A stretch of 63,752 nucleotides of DNA, counting the filler, from Octopus bimaculoides (lineage: Eukaryota), in assembly GCF_001194135.2 (NCBI RefSeq). It is 5 parts of 5 records of this genome, joined end to end, with 100 filler letters (N's around TTAATTAATTAA, not from the genome) between each part and the next. Parts side by side here need not be neighbours in the genome. Positions count along the whole stretch, not along the records: positions 1 to 11,541 come from NC_068996.1; positions 11,642 to 26,084 come from NC_068991.1; 3 more parts are not named here. One strand, given 5' to 3'. The first letter of the stretch is position 1. Every line of letters starts with the position of its first letter. The translations under genes were made by a program, and so were the position numbers. Positions 1 to 13,138 of this stretch are shown here, piece after piece. Below the pieces are notes generated by a model, which was not told the DNA's origin, made no database searches, and saw nothing but the letters and a program-made list of their open reading frames with translations.

Positions 1-62
<62 letters not shown>
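1..62. repeat. (GT)n microsatellite, representative of dozens of (CA)n, (TA)n, (GA)n, (GATA)n and (CATA)n arrays in the window
   Basis: Direct observation. Confidence 0.99.
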
Positions 63-65
<3 letters not shown>

Positions 66-1934
66 GAAATATTTGTGAAAGATTTATCTAAGAGAGATAG
101 TCCGTTTAACTGATAACCTTTAGAAATATCATTTCAAATGATATCAATGTTCTCGAAAGTATATGGCCCAAGATAATATATACTCAGAAAGAAACCACTT
201 GGAAATATATATATTTAAATATATCTACTATTCACGCAAAAATTGCGTAATTATAGTTTGAGATTATTCACTCACTGCGGTAAGTGAATAATGTATTTAA
301 GAGCAACATTTTTTTCGAACCACCTCTATGCTTTCTATCTAATTTAGTTCTTGACCAAATTAAATGCAGCTTAAGTTGAATGAAAAGATTAGTGTTCCAG
401 TATATTTTGAGTTATTATCATAGAAAAGTGACTTTGATAAAAATAAATTACTTTTAAACGGTAGAGTAGCGGTTAGATGAAACTGTTAGGAACTATAGAT
501 GTTTTTCCTTTTTTGTTTTAATTAAATACAACTAACAGATATCAATGAGAAGAATCTAATGCTGCAAGCTACGTCAAAATTGATGCAGTAAAAAAAATGA
601 ATGAGGCAAAATGTCATCAAATCGAAAGTGAATAACGCTTGATATCTCCTCCAAATCATCATTTTCCTATTATTTATTTTTTAATTTTTTATTGTATAGT
701 GTACCTTTAAAAGACAATACTTAATATAGCAAAACTATCGCCGAAAATCTTGTTTGATTCCAGTCTTCGATTCCAGTCTTTATGTCGAAATAAATAGAGC
801 ATAAGAATGATTTGGAAATATTACATTGAAGTTGTTTAAACAAGTTTTAATTGAATACGATATTAAAGAAGTCTATTACTTGACAATGAAACGTTATACA
901 CGAAATAAGTTATGAGATGTTAGGAAGGATTATCAGTTGAAGGAACAGAGCACGAAAGGAAAGGACTGAATTATATTTAGAATATCTAGAGTTATAGCCT
1001 TCATTTATATTACAAGCGTATGATAGTGATAGTAAAGTCTGGAATAGCAATACCAGCAGAGTTTGTTTTTTATTTTTTTGTAAGTGTGAGAATGACTAAA
1101 ATACTCAATACAGTTTCTGTCTGGGTGGATTCGATTAGTTTCTAGGTCCACTATAAAGATTGTTCTAACACGTTTCTTGCTAAAATAAAATGGGGCCATA
1201 TTTTCCTGGACAATACATACTAAAGAGGTAGTACGGTAATTACGTTTGAAAGAACTAACGATGGAGTTTATTATAATTAAACATTAGAAATGCCTAAATG
1301 CATTTCCATTTCTCGATCCTTGACAACATTTCTTCTAAACTTTCGCAACCCGTGCTAGTTCTTCTCAATCAAAATATTGATGTAAAAGCAGTTAAAATAA
1401 ACACAGTATAATGCATTTGCCGAACTGAAATAAAACCTTGCAACATTTATTAGCTGCGCTCATAGAAATTAAATGAGGATAATAAGAATTAATTCGGAAA
1501 TTATTTGTAAAATAACTTTTGGAAATAATCTCCACTTTTCTATGGGTCACTAACAATTACCGAATGATTTTTGTTTCTTTTCTCCACATAAAAGGGAAAT
1601 TTCAAATAATTGAAAGTTTTGGTTTCGTCTTTCAGTGCATCTCTCATCCCATTTGTGTTGATAAACACACGACCATTTTAATTTATGTATAATTAATAAG
1701 ACACATACACCAACAAGCTACAGCTATGGCTTCGGACATGTGATTCTCTTTTCACTGTCATTGTGTCTTATATTACAACAACAACCACTTTCGGTTCAAA
1801 CCAGCAAACAAAGTAACATCTATTATTTGTCTGGTGTATATTTCATCGCCACCGGATGGATGAAACGCAAAGAGGGTTTTCAACTCAGAAAAATACGTGA
1901 AGTTATAACATGTGTGTGCGTGTGTAAATGATAA

Positions 1935-2120
1935 TAATAATATTTTATATCCTTAAAGCTTATAAGTGATCACCGCGCACCGCGCAATAACTAAGGTAAG
2001 TAGTCTAATACTAGAGTATATAAGCCCTCGACGGAAGAAGTAAAGTTTGCCGCGCACGCATGGAACTCCAGCCCACAGCTCTATGTATTCGCAAAAAGCT
2101 TGCTGCCCTTACACAAATTT
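1935..2120 (-). mobile_element. tRNA-derived SINE, family C
   Basis: Reverse complement aligns to 3317-3503 (TTGCGAATACATAG...GGCAAAC...AGTATTAGACTA...CTTATAAGCTTTAAG). Confidence 0.75.
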
Positions 2121-2172
2121 CCATGTGCATTTTCAACGTTTGGTATGCGGTGCTGAATTTTTACAATCTGTA

Positions 2173-2223
<51 letters not shown>

Positions 2224-3257
2224 CAAGGAAAACTAATACAAATAGCCACAAAACATGAACAAAACAAAAAAAAACTGTTTCCAGTAGTTAAGGAAGCTGA
2301 CAAATACAAACAAGAAATAATACTACCTTACAAAGAAGAAGAAGAAGAAGAAGAAGAAGAAGAAGAAGAAGAAGAAGAAGAAGAAGAAGAAGAAGAAGAA
2401 GAAGAAGAAGAAGAAGAAGAAGAAGAAGAAGAAGAAGAAGAAGAAGAANNNNNNNNNNNNNNNNNNNNNNNNNNNNNNNNNNNNNNNNNNNNNNNNNNNN
2501 NNNNNNNNNNNNNNNNNNNNNNNNNNNNNNNNNNNNNNNNNNNNNNNNNNNNNNNNNNNNNNNNNNNNNNNNNNNNNNNNNNNNNNNNNNNNNNNNNNNN
2601 NNNNNNNNNNNNNNNNNNNNNNNNNNNNNNNNNNNNNNNNNNNNNNNNNNNNNNNNNNNNNNNNNNNNNNNNNNNNNNNNNNNNNNNNNNNNNNNNNNNN
2701 NNNNNNNNNNNNNNNNNNNNNNNNNNNNNNNNNNNNNNNNNNNNNNNNNNNNNNNNNNNNNNNNNNNNNNNNNNNNNNNNNNNNNNNNNNNNNNNNNNNN
2801 NNNNNNNNNNNNNNNNNNNNNNNNNNNNNNNNNNNNNNNNNNNNNNNNNNNNNNNNNNNNNNNNNNNNNNNNNNNNNNNNNAAATCATATTATCTCTGGC
2901 TGCCCAGTCCTGGCTAAGAAGGAATATATTCACAGACACGACAGAGCTGGGACATATATACACTGGAAGCTATGCCAACACTATGGAATAACAGCAGAAA
3001 AAAGATGGTATAAACACACGCCAGAAAAGGTCACAGGAAACGAGAAAGCAACCATACTCTGGGATATGCCAATACACACAGACAGAGAAATTAAGGCAAA
3101 TAGACCAGATATAGTTGTCAAAGATCATGAAGAAAAAAATGCTTTCTAATTGATGTATCAATACCAGCAGATGACAACGTTTCCCGAAAAGAAATGGAGA
3201 AACTTTCAAAATACAAAGACCTGGAAATAGAGGTAACTCGAACGTGGAATCTAAAAA
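2224..3257 (+). mobile_element. R4/Dong-like RLE LINE fragment, family A (post-RT linker, zinc-knuckle end, restriction-like endonuclease), with an internal (GAA)n and an N gap
   Basis: QGKLIQIATKHEQNKKK before the gap; HIISGCPVLAKKEYIHRHD...ILWDMPIHTDREIKANRPDIVV../CFLIDVSIP...KLSKYKDLEIEV after it, with one frameshift. Continuity across the gap is assumed. Confidence 0.88.
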
Positions 3258-3316
3258 TAAGCATCATAAACAACACTATGAAATTATAGTTATTAAATCT
3301 AGCGGGAAACAGTCAT

Positions 3317-3503
3317 GGGTACATTAGTATAACGTTAGCACACTTGTTGCGAATACATAGATGTATGGGTTCGAGTCCTATGCGTGCGGCAAACCCTACT
3401 TCTTTCCGTCGATGGCTTATATGCCGCAGTATTAGACTATTTACTTTAGTCAATGCTCGGTGGTCGCTTATAAGCTTTAAGCTTATAAAATATTATTATT
3501 ATT
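3317..3503 (+). mobile_element. tRNA-derived SINE, family C
   Basis: A-box-like TAGTATAACGT, B-box GGTTCGAGTCC (3368-3378), AT-rich tail; homologues at 1935 and 18095. Confidence 0.8.
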
Positions 3504-3574
3504 TATAGAATTCGGCACCGCTTACCAAATAATTGCTAAATATACACGCACACTCACATACACACACTCACACA

Positions 3575-3664
<90 letters not shown>

Positions 3665-4062
3665 TATATATGTCTTATACATAAATGGCAGTTTTTATCT
3701 TTCTGTCTGCTTGTTACCATTTTGCTGCCTAAACCAGCGAACCAACCTTCACGAAACTTTCCATGCATATTAAACTAACATCCAGTTCAATTATAGGCGA
3801 ATTGGATTTCAACAAAAATCTATAATGAGCCCACTAGTGGGGTTGGGCTACTATATAATAAAATGAGAAGCGTGAAAAGTGTGTTAGTGCGAGGGAAATG
3901 TAGGGACAGTAAGTGTGACTGATATCAGAGATGGGGAGAACAGCATTGTACAAGCGACAAATATGGAGTGGCAGTGGGATGATAACGTTAATACAGCTAT
4001 CATACACGCGACACTGCATACTTACTTTCGTAAATACATAGATATATGCATACGTACACGCA

Positions 4063-4130
<68 letters not shown>

Positions 4131-5215
4131 CACACACACACATGCACACACACATGCACACACACATGCACATAAGTAACTTTTAAAATGCGGAGTATGG
4201 GTAAGAAATGTGGGTGTCAGGAATACGTAGCTTCAAGAAGAGAGGGGCTGGTGGCTTTTCTGCTGTCCATCACAAAGAAATACTCGCGCACAGACACAGA
4301 CACACACATAGATACATATGTCTACGTACATACATACATATGTGTACTATACACCATNNNNNNNNNNNNNNNNNNNNNNNNNNNNNNNNNNNNNNNNNNN
4401 NNNNNNNNNNNNNNNNNNNNNNNNNNNNNNNNNNNNNNNNNNNNNNNNNNNNNNNNNNNNNNNNNNNNNNNNNNNNNNNNNNNNNNNNNNNNNNNNNNNN
4501 NNNNNNNNNNNNNNNNNNNNNNNNNNNNNNNNNNNNNNNNNNNNNNNNNNNNNNNNNNNNNNNNNNNNNNNNNNNNNNNNNNNNNNNNNNNNNNNNNNNN
4601 NNNNNNNNNNNNNNNNNNNNNNNNNNNNNNNNNNNNNNNNNNNNNNNNNNNNNNNNNNNNNNNNNNNNNNNNNNNNNNNNNNNNNNNNNTACGTCAAAAT
4701 TTTTAAATTTGGTACATTGAAATCTTTTTCCACGTTAAATCCGATTTTGTTATTTATTTGCCCCGCAAGAATTGCAGAAAGATATTACTGCGGTTTAAGG
4801 TTTAATCAACTTTACCTAATTAGAAAACAGGATGTAGAAACTAGCATTTTTTGCATGATAGCTGTCTATCACAAAATGAAAAGAAAATCATTACGAGGAG
4901 GAATTTTTATTTAACAAATGAAAGCAAAGCATTTCGACGACCAGAGTTGTAAGAACTTCTGAAGTTTTAATAAGTTTTAATGAATAAAGTCATATGAAAC
5001 GATCGGACAGGCATGTAAAGAATTTAAAAAGGAAAAATCCTCACCGAAGATTTTTTTTTGCGGAAAATTGCAGAAATCTGTCCTGATCAAGAAGGCTATC
5101 TGTCGGAGGGGTATGGTTTGACATGGAATGAACAAAAATTTATATATGACATTCTATTGTTAAAATTGCGCAGTAACGGCAGTCTATTCAGCTAGTATAT
5201 AGTATATATATATAT

Positions 5216-6120
5216 CCGTTGGATGTGTAATGTCAATGTGAATACCCGTCAGAGTGTAAGTATCTTGAGAGAAAAGCTGAACATTAGAAGCATCAGTTGT
5301 GGCGTGCAAGAGAGACGATTGCGCTGGTATGGACATGTGGTGAGAATGGAGGAGGATAGCTGCGTGAAAAAGTGCCACACCCTAACAGTTGAGGGAACCC
5401 GTGGAAGAGGTAGGCCCAGGAAGACCTGGGCTGAGGTGGTGAGGCAAGACCTTCGTACATTGGGCCTCACCGAGGCGATGACTACTGACCGAGACCTTTG
5501 GAAATGTGCTGTGCGTGAGAAGACCCNNNNNNNNNNNNNNNNNNNNNNNNNNNNNNNNNNNNNNNNNNNNNNNNNNNNNNNNNNNNNNNNNNNNNNNNNN
5601 NNNNNNNNNNNNNNNNNNNNNNNNNNNNNNNNNNNNNNNNNNNNNNNNNNNNNNNNNNNNNNNNNNNNNNNNNNNNNNNNNNNNNNNNNNNNNNNNNNNN
5701 NNNNNNNNNNNNNNNNNNNNNNNNNNNNNNNNNNNNNNNNNNNNNNNNNNNNNNNNNNNNNNNNNNNNNNNNNNNNNNNNNNNNNNNNNNNNNNNATTTT
5801 GAGCGTGGACGTTGCCAGTACCGCCTGACTGGCTCCCGTAGGATTTTCGAGCGAGATCGTTGCCAGTGCCCCTGGACTGGATTGTGCGGGTGGCACATAA
5901 AAGACACCATTTCGAGCGTGGCCGTTTTCGTGCGGGTGACACGTAAAAGCACCCACTACACTCTCTGAGTGGTTGGCGTTAGGAAGGGCATCCAGCTGTA
6001 GAAACACTGCCAAATCAGACTGGAGCCTGGTGTTGCCATCCGGTTTCACCAGTCCTCAGTCAAATCGTCCAACCCATGCTAGCATGGAAAGCGGACGTTA
6101 AACGATGATGATGATGATGA
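5216..6120 (+). mobile_element. 5'-truncated RTE-clade LINE with 3' UTR and (GAT)n tail
   Basis: RRLRWYGHVVRM...GRGRPRKTW...DRDLWK is the RTE C-terminal signature; ends in (GAT)n; flanked by (TA)n on both sides. Confidence 0.9.
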
Positions 6121-6769
6121 TATATATATACATTGAGGTAAATCCATCATTCTACTAGTTCTACCAGTCACCGCTCTTCTATGCAACAGTGATGTTGATG
6201 TAAACAATTATATTCATGATTATAAAAATGCAGACTTAATTTCTTTTATTTTATTTTATGTAAATTAGAATTGAAAAAGTTAATGTCTAAGTCTAGCTAA
6301 CTAATTCTCTTCTAATTATGTTTGTGCTAATGAGTCATAAAAGTTTATTCTATTTACATAATTACAATCAGTATTACTAAATATTTCATTACTAGCCATT
6401 ATCCATTACTGATAACAATTTTTAAAAGCCATATAAGGTTACTGTATATATTAAATATTCTTGATGATGTAATTAAAAAATAAAACTTCCATTGTGTATA
6501 TTTCTTTACTATTTTTAAAAGATATTGGCGTCATGTAATTATTTCATTTATTTAGTTTTTTAACTATTTAGTTTGGTGGTTTTATACCACATATAATGTA
6601 TGTCCTAAAACTGTTTTCTTGGATTTAAGTTAATTTCACGTATATGTGTCTATGTGCGCGTGTGTACGTGTAAACATACATATACATACACATACACACT
6701 CATATATATGAGTGGGTGTGTGTGTATATATGCACATACATACATATATATATATATGTATATGTATCT

Positions 6770-7290
6770 TACCTGCCTCCCCTTCTCTCTCACCTACTAA
6801 CTCTCACATCTTCCTCACTCACCCATTTTCTCCTTCAAACGCGCCCACGATCTACGCAACCTTCTGGTTCGTAGCTTCTTCCCCAATCCCGGCACCCAAT
6901 CTTGCTCTTTCCCCTGTTCTCGCACCTGCTCCAACCTCTCCAACACCACTACCCTCACCGACACCTACGACCACAGCTACCATATCACCGATTCGTTCAC
7001 CTGCACCTCAAGCAATGTAATGTGCGTGCTGTATCGTCTACTCACCCTATCTTTCCCGTACATTAGTCAAACGGAACGGTGAACATCGCCAAACATCTCC
7101 GATACATCAGACTTGGCCGTGACACCCCGGTTTCGTGCCACTTCTTTTCGATCAGTCTTTCACTACATCTGTCAATGGTTGGACTGTCCCTGCAAAGAAA
7201 CAAACCAGATTCCAGGTTCCGTCAAGGGCAAGAATTTGTTTAATGTTTTCATTCCTCTGTTCCTCATGGTTTAATTTGTCACCTCTCTTA
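6770..7290 (+). mobile_element. Penelope-like element remnant (RT-EN linker and GIY-YIG endonuclease)
   Basis: SFKRAHDLRNLLVRS; YHITDSFTCTSSNVM..YISQTER; AKHLRYIRLGRDTPVSCHF; terminal PHGLI; frameshifted. Confidence 0.82.
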
Positions 7291-7879
7291 ATCTAAACCT
7301 ACACCCCACACACACACACACGCACACATATTCACACCTCCCATCACTCACTGCCCCTTCTCCTCCACCCCAACACACCTTTGGTAAACTCAGTACCCAC
7401 ACCACGCACACCATTATACCTCTGTAGCATAAGCAAACACCGAGACGCACTCACCCGCGCATGCGCACACATTCACATTCTTCCTCACTCCACTCACACC
7501 AGCATCCACCACCTCCCAACCTTTGCCTCCCGTCACCACCATTCAACCGTGCACCTCCTTGCATCGCTTCACAACACACACATACACCAGATGGCCTTAT
7601 ACGCACATATACATGCACTTACACACATATACATATGCGCAAAGAGAATACCACGTATATATCAACTCCAAATTCACACACACTTTATCCAACAGCCCTG
7701 TTTATACACACCTACTGATGACAGGGACACTCACACTTGCACACATACATACACACGCATAAACACACACAATATTCACGCATAAAGACACATAATGCAC
7801 ACGCACACAATGTCTTGCAAACAACTCGTACATGCAAGTGCTACTAGTCGAAAGCTCCGCATAACGGAAACCAGAAACT

Positions 7880-8170
7880 GTATGGGGTCATCAGGAGAGA
7901 ATGCGCGCCGTTTCGGGGCCTACCTCTCGACGGCATCAATGCACACCGACCCCCCCCCCTCACTGATATGAGGCCCCACTTGCTAGATCAACTGGTTATT
8001 AAAAATAAAGCTCAATATTTCTCTAGCCATCGCTCATCGTCTCTTTTTAACCAAATCCAGTGGCTATCCTTCTCCACTATGTCCAAAAATCCTCTACATC
8101 CAACTTCGATTGGAAAATACTCTGCTTTCCAGCCTGCGTCTTCACATTCCTCGAGGAGGTTTAAAGTGTT
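7880..8170 (-). mobile_element. HERO-like (R2 group) RLE LINE 3' end
   Basis: LLEECEDAGWKAEYFPIEVGCRGFL...SHWIWLKRDDERW*; the IEVGCRGF motif is typical of HERO-type RLE C-termini; followed by a short structured UTR. Confidence 0.78.
7888..7977 (-). ncRNA. Non-circularly permuted hammerhead-ribozyme motif in a HERO-like 3' UTR
   Basis: Minus strand order: GGGGCCT (IIa)...GCCG-U-C (IIIa + cleavage triplet GUC) GAGAG (Ia) GT AGGCCCC (IIb) GAAA CGGC (IIIb) GCGCATT CTCTC (Ib) CTGATGA. All three helices are Watson-Crick. Confidence 0.72.
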
Positions 8171-8819
8171 ACACATAAACCTTTGATGCACAAATACACA
8201 CGAATGCATGAAAACATGCACGCACACACGCTATTGGCACAAAGCATACACGTACACGTTAGATGCTACATACATGCATTTGCGTACACACACACACATC
8301 TGATAGCCTCACACACATATATTTTGCACAACCTCACACACTCAAACACATATATACACGTTCACACTAACGCACAAACATAAATACACTGAGCACACGG
8401 GCACACATCACTCCCACAGTGCACTTAGTTGTTTATTCAGACACATACACACAAACGATCCCATACATATTCACATAATCTCAGGCTTGCCCACACATAC
8501 ACACTTGTTTGTCCCCACACACATATACACTCACACACATCCTCACACACACGTGCGCTTGCGATCACACAGTTTATGCAGGTCACTGTTATCTCACCTT
8601 CCATTCGACCTTTCTTTCTGGTCATTTCGGCATTTCAAACCATTAATCTAAACACGTTCTTTCCTCTCCCTTTTTCTTACTTTTCTTCTTTCTCCGTTTG
8701 CTTCTCTCGTTCTTTTCTGTCGAAGTGCATAGGCTCGAAATGCCAAAGACTTCTATTTTTCCTGGGCGTTAAAAATCTTGTTCGCTCACCTGTCTTTTTT
8801 GTTTTTCATGCATTTGAAC

Positions 8820-8882
<63 letters not shown>

Positions 8883-9666
8883 GGAGAGAGAGAGTGAGAG
8901 ATGGACGGACGGGCAGATAGACAGACAGACTGACAGACAGACAGAGATAAATAGATAGATAAACACTTGAGTGTATACAGAATGAGAATAGAATTAGATA
9001 GAGTAATGTGTCAAGAAGAATAAAATAAATAAAAGATCATAGTCTAAATTTAAGGGGAAAATAATAAAGAAATTCTGCAGGAAACGAAAGAAAATGAGTG
9101 AAACTGCAACCTAAAACATATCAGAAGTAAAATTACACTGAAATGAACATTTAAATTTCAAGTAGAATATATGACCGAGAAAAAACTTCGTACTATTCTA
9201 TCAAAGAGCAAAATACCAACCAAGCTATTTCAAGGAATAATCTAGGCGTGACCTTTTGCATAGAATACCAGAGCTTGTTTTCTTCAAATACGTTATCAAA
9301 GATTTCAAGATTAAATGTGTCGCAGACAATCTCAAATGAGCAATGAACTTTTAGTCAATCTGATTTTGTTCTCAATATTATTAGATTAACATTCTCTGTT
9401 ACACTTTTAGTAGAGTCATTGTTGTTAGAATTATTACAGACCTATAGCAAAGCAGTTTTCGTCTTCCATTATTCCTGGGTTGTTGCATCATAATGAATGC
9501 GATAAGTATCACGTTGGAAAATTATCAATAAATAAGTATAAAAATGTGGGAAGGTGTATATGTGTATCCATATACAAACATATATATGTGTGTGTGTGTG
9601 TATGTGTGTGTGTGTGTGTATCTATATAAAGTACACACGCACACACATACATACATACATGCATAC

Positions 9667-9727
<61 letters not shown>

Positions 9728-9757
9728 TTTTCTATATATATATATGTATGCATTATA

Positions 9758-11160
9758 CATTTTTATTTCATGATTTTTTGCCAATGGGGAAAGAACCGGT
9801 TTCTAACTTACACCCAAGGCTTCTTTATTGGAATTTCAACATTAACAACCGGGTATTTTTGTATGCATATTTCTATGTAGATGTGCAGATTTGTATGTTT
9901 TGTTTTATGTATGTCTTCTCATGAATATATTTGCAAAGTTAAACATGTCTATATAAACTTAGATGATAAACTTCTGGAAGGTTTTACAGATTTTTACAAT
10001 TCCAGTGATTGACTGGATCAATAGACTTCGAATTAGCTTTCTCCTTTCTGGTTCGAGAAGCCTATTTTCTCAAGATTGGTATATAGGCAGTGTGTTACAT
10101 ATCCCAGGGTCCCAATAATTACAGATATAAACCTGAACTTGTAATCTGGATTGAGTAGCTGCAGATTTCTGAATAGTTCAGCATAGCTATTCTCTTTCTC
10201 ACTGATCTTCAGCTCTATGTTAACATCTGCTGGGCAGCTAATGTCCGCAACTGTAGACAGTTTCTCCTTTCTATCCCACATCATTATATCAGGTCTGTTG
10301 TGCTTACATTTTATTGAGGTTTTCACTGGGACATTCCACCAGAACTCCTTTTTTTTATTATGAGTGGATATGGCTTCTATCATATTGTGGGTTCTTATTT
10401 CTTTTGTCCTCGGGGTTATTCTTCCGACGGATTTCATTATAGAGTGTTTTATATGATGTTGTAGCTAGATGTTTCATCGCTAGATAATAGCGTAATGATA
10501 TTTCCGGACAACTGCTTATGATGTGGGTGATATCTTCGGTGTTAACTCCACAAAGTCTGCATCGGCTGTCACATTTTATTGATTTTCCTTTATTTCTGTC
10601 CCTTTTGTACATCGAGTATTTGGTGGATATTTCCTGTTTCTGGATTGTAAACACATACCCTTCAATGTGGAAGGTAGTAATCCGATTGTTGGTCTATGAT
10701 AGACTGCTTTGCTAATCAATGTTACTATCATCCCGGAGCTTTCTACAGACATATCCATGCATAGTCTTCTTCTCACACAGACTCATTCTTTCATCTGATA
10801 ATACGTTGCGGTAGAGTTATGCGACTTCCTTGTGCGTGTATTCTAGGTTAGCAGACAAAGAATGTTGCTCAAGGAGCTGCCTTCCAAGTCTTATGATGCT
10901 ATCAGCCTCATGTATTCAAACTTGGTCAAGGAATGCACTTCTACACTTGGTGGTTAAAAGATATTGCCGAAGGGATATTTTATGATATTCAAAGGTATTT
11001 TGGATCAATGTTAAGCCTCTGTCGCCTTGTTTTCGTTTTAGATAGAAGCGGTATACGTTACTGTTGATGTGGAAATTCTGTGTGCTTATTAGTATTTTCC
11101 GGGTTTTCACATCAATGGCTTGGATCTCATCGAGCGTCCGATCAAGCAGCCCAAATGTTG
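9758..11160 (-). mobile_element. R4/Dong-like RLE LINE, family B, 5'-truncated with 3' UTR
   Basis: TFGLLDRTLDEIQAIDVKTRKILIS..NFHINSNVYRFYLKRKQGDRGL; CCHC knuckle CRLCGVNTEDITHIISSC; RLE KHNRPDIMMWD..ADISCP; frameshifts and stops. Confidence 0.9.
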
Positions 11161-11224
11161 GTATTTATGTATGTATATATGTATGTATATATAAATGTAT
11201 GTATATATGTATGTATATATGTGT

Positions 11225-11460
11225 TATTTCTTTACTACCCACAAGGGGCTACACACAGAGGGGACAAACAAGGACAGACAAACACGGATTAAGTCGATTA
11301 TATCGACCCCAGTGCGTAACTGGTACTTATTTAATCGACCCCGAAAGGATGAAAGGCAAAGTCGACCTCGGCGGAATTTGAACTCAGAACATAGCGGCAG
11401 CCGAAATACCGCTAAGCATTTCGCCCGGCGTGCTAACGTTTCTGCCAGCTCACCGCCGTT
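11225..11460 (-). mobile_element. tRNA-derived SINE, family B monomer (tail type 1)
   Basis: Head GGCGGTGAGCTGGCAGAAACGTTAGC...GAGTTCAAATTCC; body GTCGACTTTGCCTTTCATCCTTTCGGGGTCGA, which resembles a Nin/Deu-type domain from recollection. Confidence 0.9.
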
Positions 11461-11641
11461 TATATATGTGTGTGCCATCGTACATATATATACACACACG
11501 CGCACATACACATGCGCGCGCGAGCGTACATACAAATATGCNNNNNNNNNNNNNNNNNNNNNNNNNNNNNNNNNNNNNNNNNNNNTTAATTAATTAANNN
11601 NNNNNNNNNNNNNNNNNNNNNNNNNNNNNNNNNNNNNNNNN

Positions 11642-11992
11642 GTGGAATCTGAAGACGAAAAGAATACCTATTGTCATAAGTGCCCTGGGAATGACAGCGA
11701 AACGGGCTGATTACTACCTAGCTCAGATACCAGGAAACCCCAAAATGGCTGAAGTTCAAAAGATAGTGCTCATGGGAACTGCCCATATCCTACGTAAAAT
11801 ACTGTCTATGTGATCTCAAATTTTTAAACATTATCTAGAACAACGCTGTACAAATTCAAATATATGGTACCCTAGGCATAACACCTACATGAACTTCTAA
11901 CTTGTTGTCTCTTGAGGTCTCTGGGTGAGACTTGGATCCAACTTGTAGAAATGCAAAACAAAAGTCAAACATAAAATAATAATAATAATAAT
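11642..11992 (+). mobile_element. R4/Dong-like LINE family A, 3' end with UTR and (AAT)n
   Basis: WNLKTKRIPIVISALG...EVQKIVLMGTAHILRKILSM* (stop 11811-11813), then a UTR ending in AATAATAATAATAAT. Confidence 0.88.
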
Positions 11993-13093
11993 GAAAAAAC
12001 CCAAAACTAACAAATCTTACTTTCAGTTGTTGAAAATCATTTGTGCAAACCATTCTCTGGTTGTCGTGAATGAGAAGGAGGTAACTTTTTTCCGAGCCAA
12101 GATATCGTTGCGGGTTCAATTACTACTTAAGGAGCTTAACTTTACTCTCATTTGTACAATAAATTTTCATGCAAGCCTCCATTAATTGTACACTTGATAC
12201 CTTTATTGACTTCTTTCAGCTTCCGTCCACGAAATCCACTCACAATATATTTAGAAACATCACGGCCCCAGCAGACAAAATGCAAAAGGCGTTGTACGCT
12301 TTGTACAATTAATTTTGGACGTAAGCCTCTATTAAACCAAATTATGATTATAATGCTTCAGGCCAGACCTGACTGAGCAGACCAATGCTCAAAGGCATTC
12401 CTGTGGTAATCAGGCCGTCTATATTTGTGAATGTCTATCGAGAACAACACAATTTAATGAGCTGTCCCTTTTGTTTGAAGATTTCAACCGCAGTATGGCG
12501 TCATCGTTGTCACGATCAATCTGAGTTTGCCATACATGTACTCACACACACAAACAGGCACACACACACGCACATGCTCGTACGCATGCACACACTCGAA
12601 CAAACACACGAACAAACACTCGCGCGAGCACACAAACATACACACACACGCACATATACACACACATACACACACACATTTATTTCGTAGCGTAGTTTGT
12701 GAACTATAGCGTCGTTTATTTCCGGTATCCAATGGATCATTCAATACCTCAATGTTACATTTTGAAAGTTCATCCTTTCAATCTAAAATATTTGTTTTCT
12801 TTATTAATTATGCAATACAAAGTTGTTGGTTCTCTAAAAATACAGATAACACACGTGGTGTCGCAATGTCATAGCAACTAAGTTCACTTTATATGGTGAA
12901 CATCTCACCTTAATACACACATGTGATAAGGCCAGCAGCATCCTTTCTCCAAACATCATCATCGGTTCCACACACCTAGTTATCGCAACAACATGCCAAA
13001 CAACTTCCTACTTTTCTCTAACCATTTACCCATTATCATTAAAAGATAAACCCTGACACACACACACACACGTGCACACATGCATACGCACAC

Positions 13094-13138
<45 letters not shown>

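Noticed and set aside
7715-7857. CTGATGA...GAAAGCTC downstream of the PLE GIY-YIG
   Set aside because: Probably a decayed PLE hammerhead (CACTTGC/GCAAGTG pairing in the insert), but helix I and the base of helix II do not pair.
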